Below, one piece after another: positions 13,733 through 25,920 of a stretch of 64,000 bases of DNA. A program made the translations under genes and the position numbers. Origin of the DNA: Octopus vulgaris (Eukaryota). The stretch's first letter is position 1, and the number at the start of each line of letters is the position of its first letter. The notes under the pieces are model-generated. The model did no database searches, was not told the origin of the DNA, and worked only from the letters and a program-made list of their open reading frames with translations. The stretch is from NCBI GenBank assembly GCA_951406725.2, contig OX597831.1, positions 64,480,001 to 64,544,000 of the forward strand, read 5' to 3'.

Positions 13733-13960
13733 ATTTCTTTACTACCCACAAGGGGCTAAACACAGAGGGGACAAACAAGGACAGACAAACGGATTAAGTC
13801 GATTACATTGACCACAGTGCGTAACTGGTACTTAATTTATCGACCCCGAAAGGATGAAAGGGAAAGTCGACCTTGGCGGAATTTGAACTCAGAACGTAAC
13901 GGCAGACGAAATACCGCTAAGCATTTCGCCCGGCGTGCTAACGATTCTGCCAGCTCGCTA
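13733..13960 (-). mobile_element. SINE family B inserted into a family A head
   Basis: Reverse copy flanked by direct repeat CCTTCTACTATA. Confidence 0.88.
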
Positions 13961-15079
13961 CCTTCTACTATAGCCTTAGGACTGCCTAGGCCTTATGAGT
14001 GGATTTGCTAGATGGAAACTGAAAGAAGCTCATTGTGTGTGTATGTATATATATATAGACACAGGCATGGCTGTGTGGTTAGAAGTTGGCTTCCCAACCA
14101 CATTCAGTCCTACTGCTGTCTCATGTTTAGTCCCACTCCATGGCCCCTTGGGCCAGTGGTTTCTGTTATATAGCTCCAGGTTGACCAAAGCCTTGTGAGT
14201 AGATCAGGTAGAAAGAAATTGGAAAAAAAAAAAACCTGTTGTGTGTGAGTGTGTATGTTTGTTGTATGTATGTTTGTGTGTCATTGTCTTGACATAACAT
14301 GATAGATGTGGGTGAGTGTCACTGTCATACAAGCAGTGTCGTTCATTTCCAATATTCTGTGGAAAGATGTCTGGTCATGGGAGAATATAACCTAGCTTGA
14401 AAACAAGTGAGCATAGGCAACATAAAGGGCATCCAACCATAAAGGAATCTGCCTCAATAAACTTCATTTGACTCATACAAGCATGGAAAAGTGGACGTAG
14501 GCGCTGGCATGGCTGTGTGGTAAGAAACTTGCTTCCCAACCTCATGGTTCCAGGTTCAGTCCCACTGCATGGCACCTTGGCTAAGTACCTTCTACTCTAG
14601 CCTTAGGCCAATCAAAGCCTTCTGAGTGGATTTGGTGTATGGAAGCTGTAAGAAGCCCACGTATATGCATTATCTATATATACTTGTGGCACGTAAAAAG
14701 CACCCACTACACTCTCGGAGTGGTTGGCGTTAGGAAGGGCATCCAGCTGTAGAAACACTGCCAGATCAAGATTAGAGCCTGGTGCAGCCATCTGGTTCGC
14801 CAGCCCTCAGTCAAAATCGTCCAACCCATGCTAGCATGGAAAGCGGACGTTAAACGATGATGATGATATCTATATGTGTTTGTCTCCCCATCACTGCTTG
14901 ACAACCATTGTTGGTTTGTTTATATCCCTGTAACTGAGTAGTTCAGCAAAAGAGACAATAGAATAAGTGCTAAGCTTAAAAAAAAAAGTCCTAGGTAAAT
15001 TTATTCGACTGAAACTCTTCAAAGTGGTGCTCCAGCATGGTCACAGTCAAATGACTGAAATAAATAAATAAAAGAATTA

Positions 15080-15748
15080 GGCGCAGGAGTGGCTGTGTGG
15101 TTAGTAGCTTGCTTACCAACCACATGGTTCCGGGTTCAGTCCCACTGCGTGGCATTTTGGGCAAGTGTCTTCTATTGTAGCCTTGGGCTGACCAAAGCCT
15201 TGTGAGTGGATTTGGTAGACGGAAACTGAAAGAAGCCCGTCGTATATATGTATATACCTTGTGAAAGGTAGGAGAGTCCAGTTTGCTGGACATTGTTGTA
15301 GAGCTGAAAAAGAAGTAATTTCTACTCTTCTCCTCTGGAAGCCATCTACTCGCAGTACCAGAGGGCACACACTCTCCTACCCTGATGTAATCTCCAGGGA
15401 CACAGGCATCCAGCAACAGGACCTCCGTAATGCCATGATGGACCGTGAAGTCTGGCGTAGCATGGTAAATTCCATTGTCTCGACCACGGTCGAACAATGA
15501 TGAATGATGATGATATATATATATATGTGTGTGTGTCTGTGTTCGTCCCCCTAGCATTGCTTGACAACCAATGCTGGTGTGTTTATGTCCCCGTAACTTA
15601 GCGGTTCAGCAAAAGAGACCGAAAGAATAAGTACTAGGCTTACAAAGAATAAGTCCCGGGGGTCGATTTGCTCGACTAAAGGCGGTGCTCCAGCATGGCC
15701 ACACTCAGATAAAACAAGTAAAAGAGTAAAAAAAGAGTAAAGAGTAAA
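15080..15748 (+). mobile_element. SINE family A (split by an RTE fragment)
   Basis: Same head and tail as the 5876 copy. Confidence 0.88.
15258..15512 (+). mobile_element. RTE-like LINE 3' end nested in the microsatellite of a SINE
   Basis: RRVQFAGHCCR...LLLWKP...AMMDREVWR* followed by a (TGA)n tail; the flanks are the two halves of one SINE. Confidence 0.8.
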
Positions 15749-15819
15749 ATAATGACCACACACACATACACGTGTTTGTATTTGAAAAAAAATTAATCTT
15801 TCACACATTCTTTTTCCAG

Positions 15820-15894
15820 AATCCAAGAAGTTTTTCGAGATGTAGAATATCACGTGTCATTTGTTAGTGGCAGTACCAATGTTTGCCTCCGAGT
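15820..15894 (+). CDS. VPS37A: VPS37A-like coding exon 2
   Basis: ttttccag| acceptor, |gtaagt donor; (K)IQEVFRDVEYHVSFVSGSTNVCLR(V) matches the IAEIQKDVEYR segment of the UEV-like domain; phase 2/2. Confidence 0.92.
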
Positions 15895-16182
15895 GTAAGT
15901 ACTTGCTCTTTCTTTTATCTTCCCTTTTTATAAACTATTCATTAATTTCCTTTACTGCTTCCATGAGACTAATGAACAGCTATACTACGTGATCATATTA
16001 ATTATTGGCTACATGCTTCGTATGGATGCCAGCTATTTAAAGTTCTGCTCTAATTAGTCAAGCAGCTTGACCTGACCTCGTTGTGTAATAGTACTTCTAC
16101 AAAGGAAAAACTCCAATCCATTCAGCTTTTTTTCATTTCAAGTTTTTAATAGTCAGCTATTAACCTCTTAACACTTCTTTAA

Positions 16183-16403
16183 CCCTTTCGTTACCAACCC
16201 AGGCAAAACTGGCTCTGGCTCTGTAGTACAAATGTCTTTTTTTCATAAGTTTTGCATCAAAATATACCACCAAACCTTAGTCACAATTTATGTTCCTAAC
16301 ACTAGCTTAATGATAACTAAGTTATTTTACTAAATTCTTTGTTATATTTAAAATAATTGAAAGAAACACAGAGCATCTCAAAATAAACACCGTAACGAAA
16401 GGG
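16183..16403. mobile_element. piggyBac-like MITE
   Basis: TTAA TSD on both sides; TIR CCCTTTCGTTAC / GTAACGAAAGGG. Confidence 0.85.
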
Positions 16404-16991
16404 TTAAAATCTGTGTGTAAATACACCGTTGTAAAGCTTATTTCCCAACTACATAGTCTTTGGTTCAGTCCTATTACACAGCAGCTTGGGCTGAAGAAGT
16501 CCATTGTATGTGTGTGTGTGTGTGTTTGTGTGTAAAAAACAAAAGAGGAAGCTGGAAAATGTTTTGGTATTATTCGTTCACCATTACACATGTTTCGTTG
16601 CTAATAGGAATTATGCAGTTTTAGATACAGATGTAAGAAAATTCCTGTTAGAAATTTCTTACATGTTTATCATCATCACCATCATCATCATCGTTTAATG
16701 TCTGCCTTCCATGCTGGCATTAACGAGTGAAACCTTGTAATTCCTATTAGTAAATGAAACCTGTTATGGTAAATAAATAATACCTAAAAAAATTTCCAAC
16801 TTCCTCTTTTGCTATATAATAACTCTGCAAAAAATATTTCCAGAATTTTCAGCTCTAGTATGTATCTTACACCAATGCAACATCAACAGCATCTACATAC
16901 TTGATTGTAATACTGGAATAAGCAGATGTGCTTCAAGGGGACACAGCTTGGATTTTACTCTACCTATATTGTGTATATATATATCCATTTC

Positions 16992-17429
16992 TATAAAATA
17001 CAGTGTACATTTAAACACATTAAGAGATTTCCATCACAGGGATCCCTTATGCTTGAAGGAACAGCTAAAGTCCCAACCACTAATTGGAGATAAATTCTTG
17101 AAGGGAATGAAAAATAAAAACATTTACTATCTATTTCCTGGACCATGGTTTCTGACTTATTAAACATATAAACACAAGGCCTTGTGTTTATATGTTTAAT
17201 CTTGGCATACCTGTTGATGAAGACTTTGCCTAGCAAATTATTTTATTTTATTTGCTAAAATAAGTCAGAAACCATGGTCCAGGAAATAGATGGTAAATGT
17301 TTTTTATTTTTCATTCCCTTCAAGAACTTATCCTTAATTAGTGATTGGGACTTTAGCTGTTCCTTCTTGGGTAAAGGATTGCTACGATGGAAACCTCTTA
17401 ATGTGTTTAAATGTACTCTGTATTTTATA
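16992..17429. repeat. Fold-back inverted repeat, ~170-bp arms
   Basis: 16992-17161 versus 17259-17429; internal perfect palindrome 17162-17197. Confidence 0.9.
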
Positions 17430-17789
17430 TGAATAATATATAGTCTATTGACTAATTTTTCTATACGCTAGGCCACTGGTAGTAAAAGTTTCTAAAATCT
17501 TTATTACCCTGATATTATTAATTATATATATATATGCCTGTGTACTCTTGCTTTGACATCACATGATGGTTGTAAACAAGCATTACTGCCATAGAAATGG
17601 TGTTTTTCATTTCCAGTTTTCTGTAAAAAGACATGTATGTCTGGGCATGGGAAAATATTACCTTGCTCGTAAACAAGTGAGGGTTTGAGAGAGGCAGGGT
17701 AACTGGCCATAGAAAATCTGCCTCAACAAACTCCATGCCCATGCAAGCATAGAGAGGTGAATGTTAAATGATGATGATAATGATATATA

Positions 17790-17819
<30 letters not shown>

Positions 17820-17820
<1 letters not shown>

Positions 17821-18225
17821 GTCCCAAACTTTGGCATCCATCAAGAGTTACACAAATACTAGAACTGGGCACCACTGCATAGTGCTAAGGACTCCAAATT
17901 TGCCACCAAGATGTAGGACAAGATGCTGCGATAGCCTGGGCTTCAGAGGTCCACAGGTCTTCAATATCCTCCCGAAGGACCTGATAGACCTGCATGGGGT
18001 GGATGCAGATGTCTTCAAAATAAAGCTGGACATTTTCCTGTCAGGTGTCCCAGATGAACCAACTTCATGGCAAGAGGTGCAGATGAGAGCAGCTGCATCA
18101 AAAACTCTCTCATGCACCAAATGTCAATTGCTAAAAAGTATTCGTGAAGTAAAATCACGTAGCAACACCGAATGGCAGTGCCCCAGCATGGCCACAACTC
18201 GTGAGCTGAAACTAGATGAAATGAT
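17820..18225 (+). mobile_element. CR1/Jockey-group LINE 3' fragment (different family)
   Basis: SLGFRGPQVFNILPKDL...VFKIKLDIFLSGVPDEP C-terminal ORF2 motif. Confidence 0.75.
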
Positions 18226-18689
18226 ATATATAAAGGTGGTAAGCTGGCAGAATCCTTTGCACACCAGCTCTGTTGGTTCAAATTCCACCGAGGTTGACTT
18301 TGCCTTTCATCCTTTTGGGGTCAATAAAATAAGTACCAGTTGAATTACTGGGGTCGGATCAACTTATCCCCTTCCCTAAAATTGCTGGCCTTGTGCCATA
18401 ATTTGAAACCAACATATATATAAAAGTGAGTGTGTGTAGAATTTAAACATTAAAAACTTTTCTTTAGACCAAATATTGCTTAAAGCTAAAAATTCACTTT
18501 ACTAAAGTATAGCTCTTTGTTTAAAACACATGTTGTGTAATAAAATTTTTAGGCAGGGCGAAATGAATAAGAGAAAAACTTGTTTCACATTTGTTATTGC
18601 TGTTTATTTTTATTGCTTCTCAGTTTCCACTTCATCTTGCTATCCTGCTGAGTACATAATAACATATAACTGTATAAAAATGTTGTTTA

Positions 18690-18732
<43 letters not shown>

Positions 18733-18961
18733 CATCATCATCGTCGTTTAACGTCTGCTTTCCATGCTAGCATGGGTTGGACGGTTTGACTGAGGGCTGG
18801 AGAACCAGATGGCTGCACCAGGCTCCAGTCTTGATCTGGCAGAGTTTCTACAGCTGGATGCCCTTCCTAATGCCAACCACTCCGAGAGTGTAGTGGGTGC
18901 TTCTGCATGCCACTGGCACAGGGGCCAGTCAGGCGGTACTGGCAACAACCTCGCTCGAATC

Positions 18962-18993
<32 letters not shown>

Positions 18994-19187
18994 TTTGAGT
19001 GGTGCCGGTGGCACGTAAAAAGCACCCACTACACTCATGGAGTGGTTGGCGTTAGGAAGGGCATCCAGCTGTAGAAACATTGCCAGATCAGACTGGGCCT
19101 TGTGCAGCCTTCTGGCCTCCCAGACCCCACTTGAACCGTCCAACCCATGCTAGCATGGAAAGCGGACGCTAAATGATGATGATGATA

Positions 19188-19410
19188 ATACTTTATTTAA
19201 AAGCAGCAGAAATTTAACAAAAGCTGTTACTCGGAGTTTCACATTCCCGTTCGTCGAACGACAAAACTGTCCGACGAACGGGAATGTGAAACTCCGAGTA
19301 ACAGCTTTTGTTAAATTTCTGCTGCTTTTAAATAAAGCATATTACTCTACCTCTGGTATTTGAGTACTCTTTTTTTCCATCTCGTTTCACATTTATGTGT
19401 TTACTCCGGT
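19188..19410 (+). mobile_element. Penelope-like (pLTR) remnant with perfect 66-bp inverted repeat
   Basis: Arms 19191-19256 / 19272-19337; hammerhead-like motif; related copy at 27477-27668. Confidence 0.65.
19261..19311 (+). ncRNA. Minimal type I hammerhead ribozyme-like motif (U4C core variant)
   Basis: ACAAAACUGU-CCGACGA-AC GGGAAU GU-GAAA-CUC C GAG-UA-ACAGCUUUUGU; predicted cleavage after GUA (19300). Confidence 0.55.
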
Positions 19411-19427
19411 ATATGTATATATATATA

Positions 19428-19823
19428 GGCATAGGAGTGGCTGTGTGGTAAGTAGCTTGTTTACCAACCACATGGTTCCGTGTTCAGTCCCACTGCGTGG
19501 CACCTTGGGCAAGTGTCTTCTACTATAGCCTCGGGCCGACCAAAGCCTTGTGAGTGGATTTGGTAGACGGAAACTGAAAGAAGCCCGTTGTATATATGTA
19601 TATATATATGCGTGTGTGTGTCTGTGTTTGTCCCCCTAGCATTGCTTGACAACCGATGCTGGTGTGTTTATGTCCCCGTTGCTTAGCGGTTCAGCAAAAG
19701 AGACCGATAGAATAAGTACTGGGCTTACAAAAAGAATAAGTCCCGGGGTTGAGTTGCTCGATTAAAGGCAGTGCTCCAGCATGGCCGCAGTCAAATGACT
19801 GAAACAAGTAAAAAAGTAAAAGA
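19428..19823 (+). mobile_element. SINE family A
   Basis: Full-length match to the 5876 copy. Confidence 0.9.
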
Positions 19824-20204
19824 GTATATATGTGTGTGTGTGTGTGTAAACTAATTTGTATTACATTAATACTAGATTGACAACTTGTTCTTTACATAAA
19901 CCTTCATAAATACTACGCATTCTGTCTGCAACACGATTATACTTGTTTTGAAACATATAAATGTTTACACGGATAAATATAATTATCTGAGGTACAGTGC
20001 TTACGTTAAAAAATCAATAATAGTAATTTTTAATGATCACTAATTTTGTGATAAAAACTTCGCAACAGGCTTAAATATTAATATTGTGACACATGACCAT
20101 GATAAAGGCAGATTTGATCAAGGACTTCTTCTTGTTCTTTAGTTTAGTTTTCTCCTGGGTTGTTGAAAATATAGTACATACAAGATGCTGATCAGTTATG
20201 TCGG

Positions 20205-20560
20205 TTACAATTTCTCCCTTTATCAAAATGATCTTGAGTGGGGGGGCCATGCTGGAGTATTTGTAAGCCTGGTGCTTATTCTATCAATATCTTCTGCCGA
20301 ACCGCTAAGTTATGGGGACATAAACACACCAACATTGGTTTCTAGGCAATGGGGGGGGGGACTAACACAGACACAAATACACGCACATAAATATATATAT
20401 AGAGCAGACTTCTTTCAGTTTCCATCATTCAAATCCACTCACAAGGCTTTGGTCGGCCCAAGGCTATAGTAGAAGACACTTGCCCAACGTGCCACACAGT
20501 GGGACTGAACCCGGAACCATGTGGTTGGGAAGCAAGCTTCTTAACACAGCCACACCTGCA
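20205..20560 (-). mobile_element. SINE family A
   Basis: Reverse-complement match. Confidence 0.85.
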
Positions 20561-20571
20561 CCTATATATAT

Positions 20572-20604
<33 letters not shown>

Positions 20605-20606
<2 letters not shown>

Positions 20607-21938
20607 GCTTAGTCACCTATATAGTTAACCAGATGATACACGAAGGAGTCATACCCAATGACTGGTGTAGCAGCATAATAGTCAACTGCTACAAAGGTAA
20701 AGGTAACGCCCTAGATACAAATAATTACAGAGGTATCAAGCTGTTGGATCAAGTAATGAAGGTTACGGAGAGGGTCAGTTTAGATGAGATACAGTTTGGG
20801 TTCGTGCCAGGGAAAAGCACCACTGATGTGATATTTCTGGTAAGACAGCTGCAGGAGAAATACTTAGCCAAAGATAAACCCCTGTACCTGGCTTTCATTG
20901 ACATGGAGAAAGCCTTTGACAGGGTGCCCCAATCCCTTATCTGGTGGTCAATGAGGAAACTAGGGATAGATGAATGGTTAGTGAGAGCTGTGCAAGCCAT
21001 GTACAGGGACGCTGTCAGTAAGGTGAGGGTTGGCAACAAGTACAGTGAAGAATTCAGGGTAGAGTTAGGGGTTCACCAAGGTTCAGTCCTCAGCCCCCTC
21101 CTATTCATCATAGTCCTCCAGGTAATAACGGAGGAACTCAAAACAGGATGCCCCTGGGAGCTCCTCTATGCTGATGACCTTGCTCTAATTGCTGAGTCAT
21201 TATCAGAACTAGAGGAGAAGTTTCAAGTGTGGAAACAAAGATTAGAATCGAAGGGCCTTAGAATCAACCTAGCTAAAACCAAAGTCCTAATAAGTAGGAA
21301 GGCAGGCAAACCACAAATCTCTTCAGGTAGAGGGCCCTGCTTGATCTGTAGAAATGGCGTAGGAAGAAACTCTATAAGATGCACCCAGTGTAAGCTATTA
21401 ACACATAAGAGGTGCAGCAATATCAAAGGAAGGCAAACTGGGAAGATAGCTTTTGTATGTGACAGATGCTCGGGAGCAATAAATAACACAGAAAATGTGC
21501 AGAGAACAACCTCCACCACATTCCAGGGAGAAAAACTAGAAGCAGTTGATAGCTTCCGTTACCTAGGTGACCAAGTCAGTAGCGGGGGAGGGTGTGCTGA
21601 AAGTGTAGCTGCTAGAATAAGAATAGCCTGGGCAAAGTTCAGAGAGCTCTTACCTCTGCTGATGACAAAGGGCCTCTCGCTCAGAGTAAAAGGTAGACTG
21701 TATGATGCATGTGTATGAACAGCTATGCTACATGGCAATGAAACATGGGCTGTGACTGCTGAGGACATGCGTAAGCTCGCAAGGAATGACGCTAGTATGC
21801 TCCGATGGATGTGTAATGTCAGTGTGCATACTCGACAGAGTGTTAGTGCCTTGAGAGAAAAGTTGTACCTAAGAAGCATCAGATGTGATGTGCAAGAGAG
21901 ACGACTGTGTTGGTATGGCCATGTGGCGAGAATGGATG
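20605..21938 (+). mobile_element. Truncated RTE-clade LINE, RT region, pseudogenised
   Basis: NYRGIKLL, QFGF, DMEKAFDRV, GVHQGSVLSPLLF, YADD, FRYLG; in-frame TGA at 21716; continues HGNETW...WYGHVARM. Confidence 0.92.
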
Positions 21939-21939
21939 T

Positions 21940-22800
21940 GGTTAATGTAGAAGAAAAAGTGTATGGAATATACCAGAGTTGATGATAAAGTGGTTTAAAG
22001 AGAGCTCCTTTAATACATGTCACAACAGTGTGGTCTAACTGTAGGCCCACTGGTCCAATAGATGAGCGATGAAGGGTGCCCGTTGGTGAGCGGTTTTGCT
22101 AAGGAGTTGATGATAAAGTGGTTTAAAGAGAGCTCCTTTAATACATGTCACAACAGTGTGGTCTAACTGTAGGCCCACTGGTCCAATAGATGAGCGATGA
22201 AGGGTGCCCGTTGGTGAGCGGTTTTGCTAAGGAGATTCTTGTACAAGTCACAGCTAGAAGCTTTGTTGATGTCAAGTGCAATAGTATTATTTTCAACTTC
22301 ATTGTAAGCAAGATCCCACTCTGAGTAACATACAAGAGCCAGTCTTTTGTAGATTTGGCTCTATGAAAGCCTTACTAGTGGTCCCTGAAGGGATTGTGAA
22401 ATTCAAAGTGTTTAGTGAAAGTGGTTATTAACAAGTGGCTATCATGTTTGATATGCTGGAAGTGTGACAAGAGGACTGATGGCTCAGTCAGAGATATTGC
22501 CCTTTTAAGAGTGGTGTATAGTATTGTTTCCAAAGACCAGGTTATATATATCCTTACAGAATGTAAGAGATTGAATAATTTGGTGAGGGTTATGGGCTGT
22601 TTCTGGGGCACATTGAGGGTAATTGAAGTGACATCGTGGGAATTTATGGCTTTGTTAGTTGAAACAATTGGAGGTGCTTTCACACGTGAACTGTATGGTG
22701 AGCCTGGCAGAGTGGAGGAGATTTACTTAGAGTTTGTAGCATGGATTTAGATGCTAAGTGGGCAGCAAATTTGAAGGCATATTTAACCACCATGGTAGTT
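21940..22800 (-). mobile_element. Heavily decayed Jockey/CR1-group LINE RT fragment with internal ~128-bp tandem duplication
   Basis: Frameshifted remnants HNPFRDH**GFHRAKST (cf. LLSDHQYGFR), IALDINKA, INSG..TLFLL; duplication about 21976-22103 / 22104-22232. Confidence 0.6.
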
Positions 22801-22861
22801 GAATGGGGGGGGGGGGGGAACAAGGAAGACAGCTTCTGCACTGGTTTCTCTTTCTCTCTTT

Positions 22862-23068
22862 TCTCTTTTACTTGTTTCAGTCATTTGACTGCGGCCATGC
22901 TGGAGCACCGTCTTTAGTCGACAGATCGACCCCGGGACTTATTCTTTGTAAGCCCAGTACTTATTCTATCTGTCTCTTTTGCCGAACCGCTAATTGACGG
23001 GGACATAAACACACCAGCATCGGTTGTCAAGCAATGCTAGGGGGACAAACACAGACACACAAACATAT

Positions 23069-23133
<65 letters not shown>

Positions 23134-23299
23134 TACGACAAGCTTCTTTCAGTTTCCGTCTACCAAATCCACTCACAAGGCATTGGTTGGCCTGGGGCTA
23201 TAGCAGAAGACACTTGCCCAAGATGCCACGCAGTGGGATTGAACCCGGAACCACGTGGTTGGTAAGCAAGCTACTTACCACACAGCCACTCCTGCGCCT
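22862..23299 (-). mobile_element. SINE family A
   Basis: Full-length reverse-complement match. Confidence 0.9.
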
Positions 23300-23445
23300 T
23301 ATGTTGATTTCATTAAATATTCTTGTGGTAATGGATTTCACCAGACTCTACTAATTCTGATATTTTCCTTTCACAGGTATAACTATTAGTGTATATGTTT
23401 TATTGAAATAAGTCTTTTGAAAGGTTTAAAACTTTTCTTTTCCAG

Positions 23446-23560
23446 ATCTCTGCCACCCCAGTTTCCACAGGAGAAACCAGTTGTTACTATACAACCTCCT
23501 GCCAAACACCCTTGGGTGGATTCCCAATCAAAAGTTGTGGGATGTCCTTCATTAAATGAA
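23446..23560 (+). CDS. VPS37A: VPS37A-like coding exon 3
   Basis: ttttccag| ... |gtgagt; SLPPQFPQEKPVVTIQPPAKHPWVDSQSKVVGCPSLNE contains the diagnostic LPPQFPQEKP motif; phase 2/0. Confidence 0.96.
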
Positions 23561-24189
23561 GTGAGTTACTGTTCTTATTTTTTAATATTATTTTTTTTCT
23601 ATTTGTTCTTATTATTTTTCTAATAAATAACTTGTGCGTCAACCAAGTTTGTTTCACTGCTATATTGTTCTGTAGACTATGACATTAGCCAAATCTGTAT
23701 GTAAAAGATAGATGAAGACAATATCTTTGTGGTATCTTTATGGACAGAAAAAGAAACTGTGTGGAAACTGGTTTTAATCCTCAGTCAGGGTTTCATGCCA
23801 TGTGCCTCCACAAAGTGTCTGCATCTGTTTATACTTACAGTGTTGGCTTAAAATCTACAAATATAGTCTGCAGTACACTATAGCTTTTTTTCCTAAATGT
23901 AATATTTTTCTCTGGAATTTATTACATGTAAAATATACACATGCTTGTATGTGTGCTGTACATTTGTTTTTCAAATCAAGAATGTAAGTTTTGCTGTCAT
24001 AATGACAGCTCAACTTTCCCAAAGAAAATACTTTACATATCAATCCGAACTGAAATTCGTTGTTTACAAATAGTTTCTCAAACCTTTCATAGACAATGGA
24101 AAGCTTGCCTGATTTTCCCCATTGTGTCAAACTCATCACACTACACTCAATATGTGCCAATCAATGCAGTTATATAGCCACCAGTCTAT

Positions 24190-24480
24190 TCCTTCTATTG
24201 TGGTGTATTCTGATGGAGCTCCCTCTTAGCTGCACATTATGATAACTTTGATGTCTCTCAAGATTCGGTTATGTCTCCAAACAAAATTTCTTTCTCTACA
24301 TCAACAACCTACTGACCATCACCTCCAGTAAAACTCATTACTATGCGGATGGTGCCACTTTTCATTACTGAACCTTCCACATCATTCCTGCGCAACCTAG
24401 ACATCTTACACTAAACCTCCACTGACTCCATGAACAAAAACCTCAATTTTCGAAAGGAGTCATGCAAATAGTATCAATAG
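24190..24480 (+). mobile_element. Decayed LINE RT core fragment
   Basis: VSQDSVMSP..YINNLL..HYYADGATFHY resembles GVPQGSVLSP..FINDLL..YADD. Confidence 0.6.
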
Positions 24481-24569
24481 AACAAGCAAATAGCTTCACC
24501 TGCAGAAGAGTAAAGTAATACATGAATATTCTTCTTATGGACAATCTGTCCCATCTATGGACTTGATAT

Positions 24570-24730
24570 ATATGTGTTCGTGTGTCTGTGTTTGTCCCCC
24601 TAGCATTGCTTGACAACCAATGCTGGTGTGTTTTGGGCTTCCAAAAGAATAAGTCCTGGGGTCAAGTTACTCGATTAAAGGCAGTGCTCCAGCATGGCCG
24701 CAGTCAAATGACTGAAACAAGTAAAAGAGT
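24570..24730 (+). mobile_element. SINE family A, 3' half
   Basis: Tail-region match. Confidence 0.85.
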
Positions 24731-24947
24731 AAAAAAAATTACTTTTGACAGAATAATGTGAATGCTTAAGGCTTAAACATCGTCACCACCAAGATGAGGA
24801 CATGAGTTTAAATACGTCAGTGTATAATTACTATTCCATTAGCTTCAGTTTTTGTTTTTTTGAGTTTAACATTTATACTTTACTATCTTTATCACTGCAT
24901 AAACATATCCTTAATACTAATATTGTTTGTTATTTCTCCTTGTTTAG

Positions 24948-25030
24948 TTTACCATGCATAGTAACCTGGGTCTTGTGATACAATCTATAATTGAAGAATT
25001 CAACAAGAATCCCCCAATTCTTGTACCATT
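24948..25030 (+). CDS. VPS37A: VPS37A-like coding exon 4
   Basis: tgtttag| ... |gtaagt; FTMHSNLGLVIQSIIEEFNKNPPILVP matches FTMHSDLGKIIQSLLDEFWKNPPVL; phase 0/2. Confidence 0.96.
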
Positions 25031-25221
25031 GTAAGTAAACTACTTAAGTACCTGGTATTCTTTACAATTTTACATCTTTGTATATTGTAACATTGTTTAG
25101 TTTATTTGTATATTGTAACATTGTTTAGTTTATTTGTGCAACAGGACAAGAGACGGAAGATCTACAGTGATTGTAGGGGAGCCAACTGAGGACTTGTTGC
25201 TGACCCCCTGATGAAAGATAC

Positions 25222-25640
25222 GGATCTTTTCGGTTTGAACGGCAGTTTTTTCTAGCGGTGTCATATGAAATTGTCACCCATAATTATGACCCTAGTATCG
25301 ATCTATTGCATTTCAATCTGTTTTAGGGTTAGGGTTAGGGGTGGGGAAAGGGGTATCTTTTTTTTCACAAATGTAAATAAACCCAATCTGTTTCTTAAAC
25401 GAGGGACATATTCATACGGCACAGAATGTTTTTTTTTACCTCAATGGACATCACTGATTGGTTGAAATTGCAGAAATTGAAGAAAAAAAACAACAAATAT
25501 CTTACAAACTATAGAATTTTCTCAATAAAGCCAAGAGAAAAAGATTTTTTATAAACACATTCTACCAGTATACGAAGTTTAAAAGTGTTTAGTTACGTGG
25601 AAATTATTTTAAAAAACTGCCATTCAAACCGAAAAGATCC
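25222..25640 (-). mobile_element. Merlin-like MITE family 1, copy 2
   Basis: Same TIRs; 9-bp TSD GAAAGATAC. Confidence 0.9.
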
Positions 25641-25920
25641 GAAAGATACTGCCTAGGTGTTAAATGAATTTGGGGAAATTTGAGATTATTAATTAAAGCT
25701 TCTGACATAAATTTGGAATACAAAAAAAATTCTTCTTGCAAATACGAGCTTAGCCTGAAAAATTCATAAGCTGGCTACGGAGGAGAGATGCTAGAGCTGT
25801 GAAACCTTGCATGCATTAATTAGGTAATTATTGCATCAGAGGACCTGCTAGCTAGGAAGCATATGTAACCTGAATTTTACCTGCTCCACTTCCTCAATTT
25901 GGATGGTATATAAAAAGCAA

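Noticed and set aside
20480-20605. N-terminal extension of the 412-aa RT ORF
   Set aside because: Chance read-through from an antisense SINE and microsatellite starting at TTG; not part of the RTE protein
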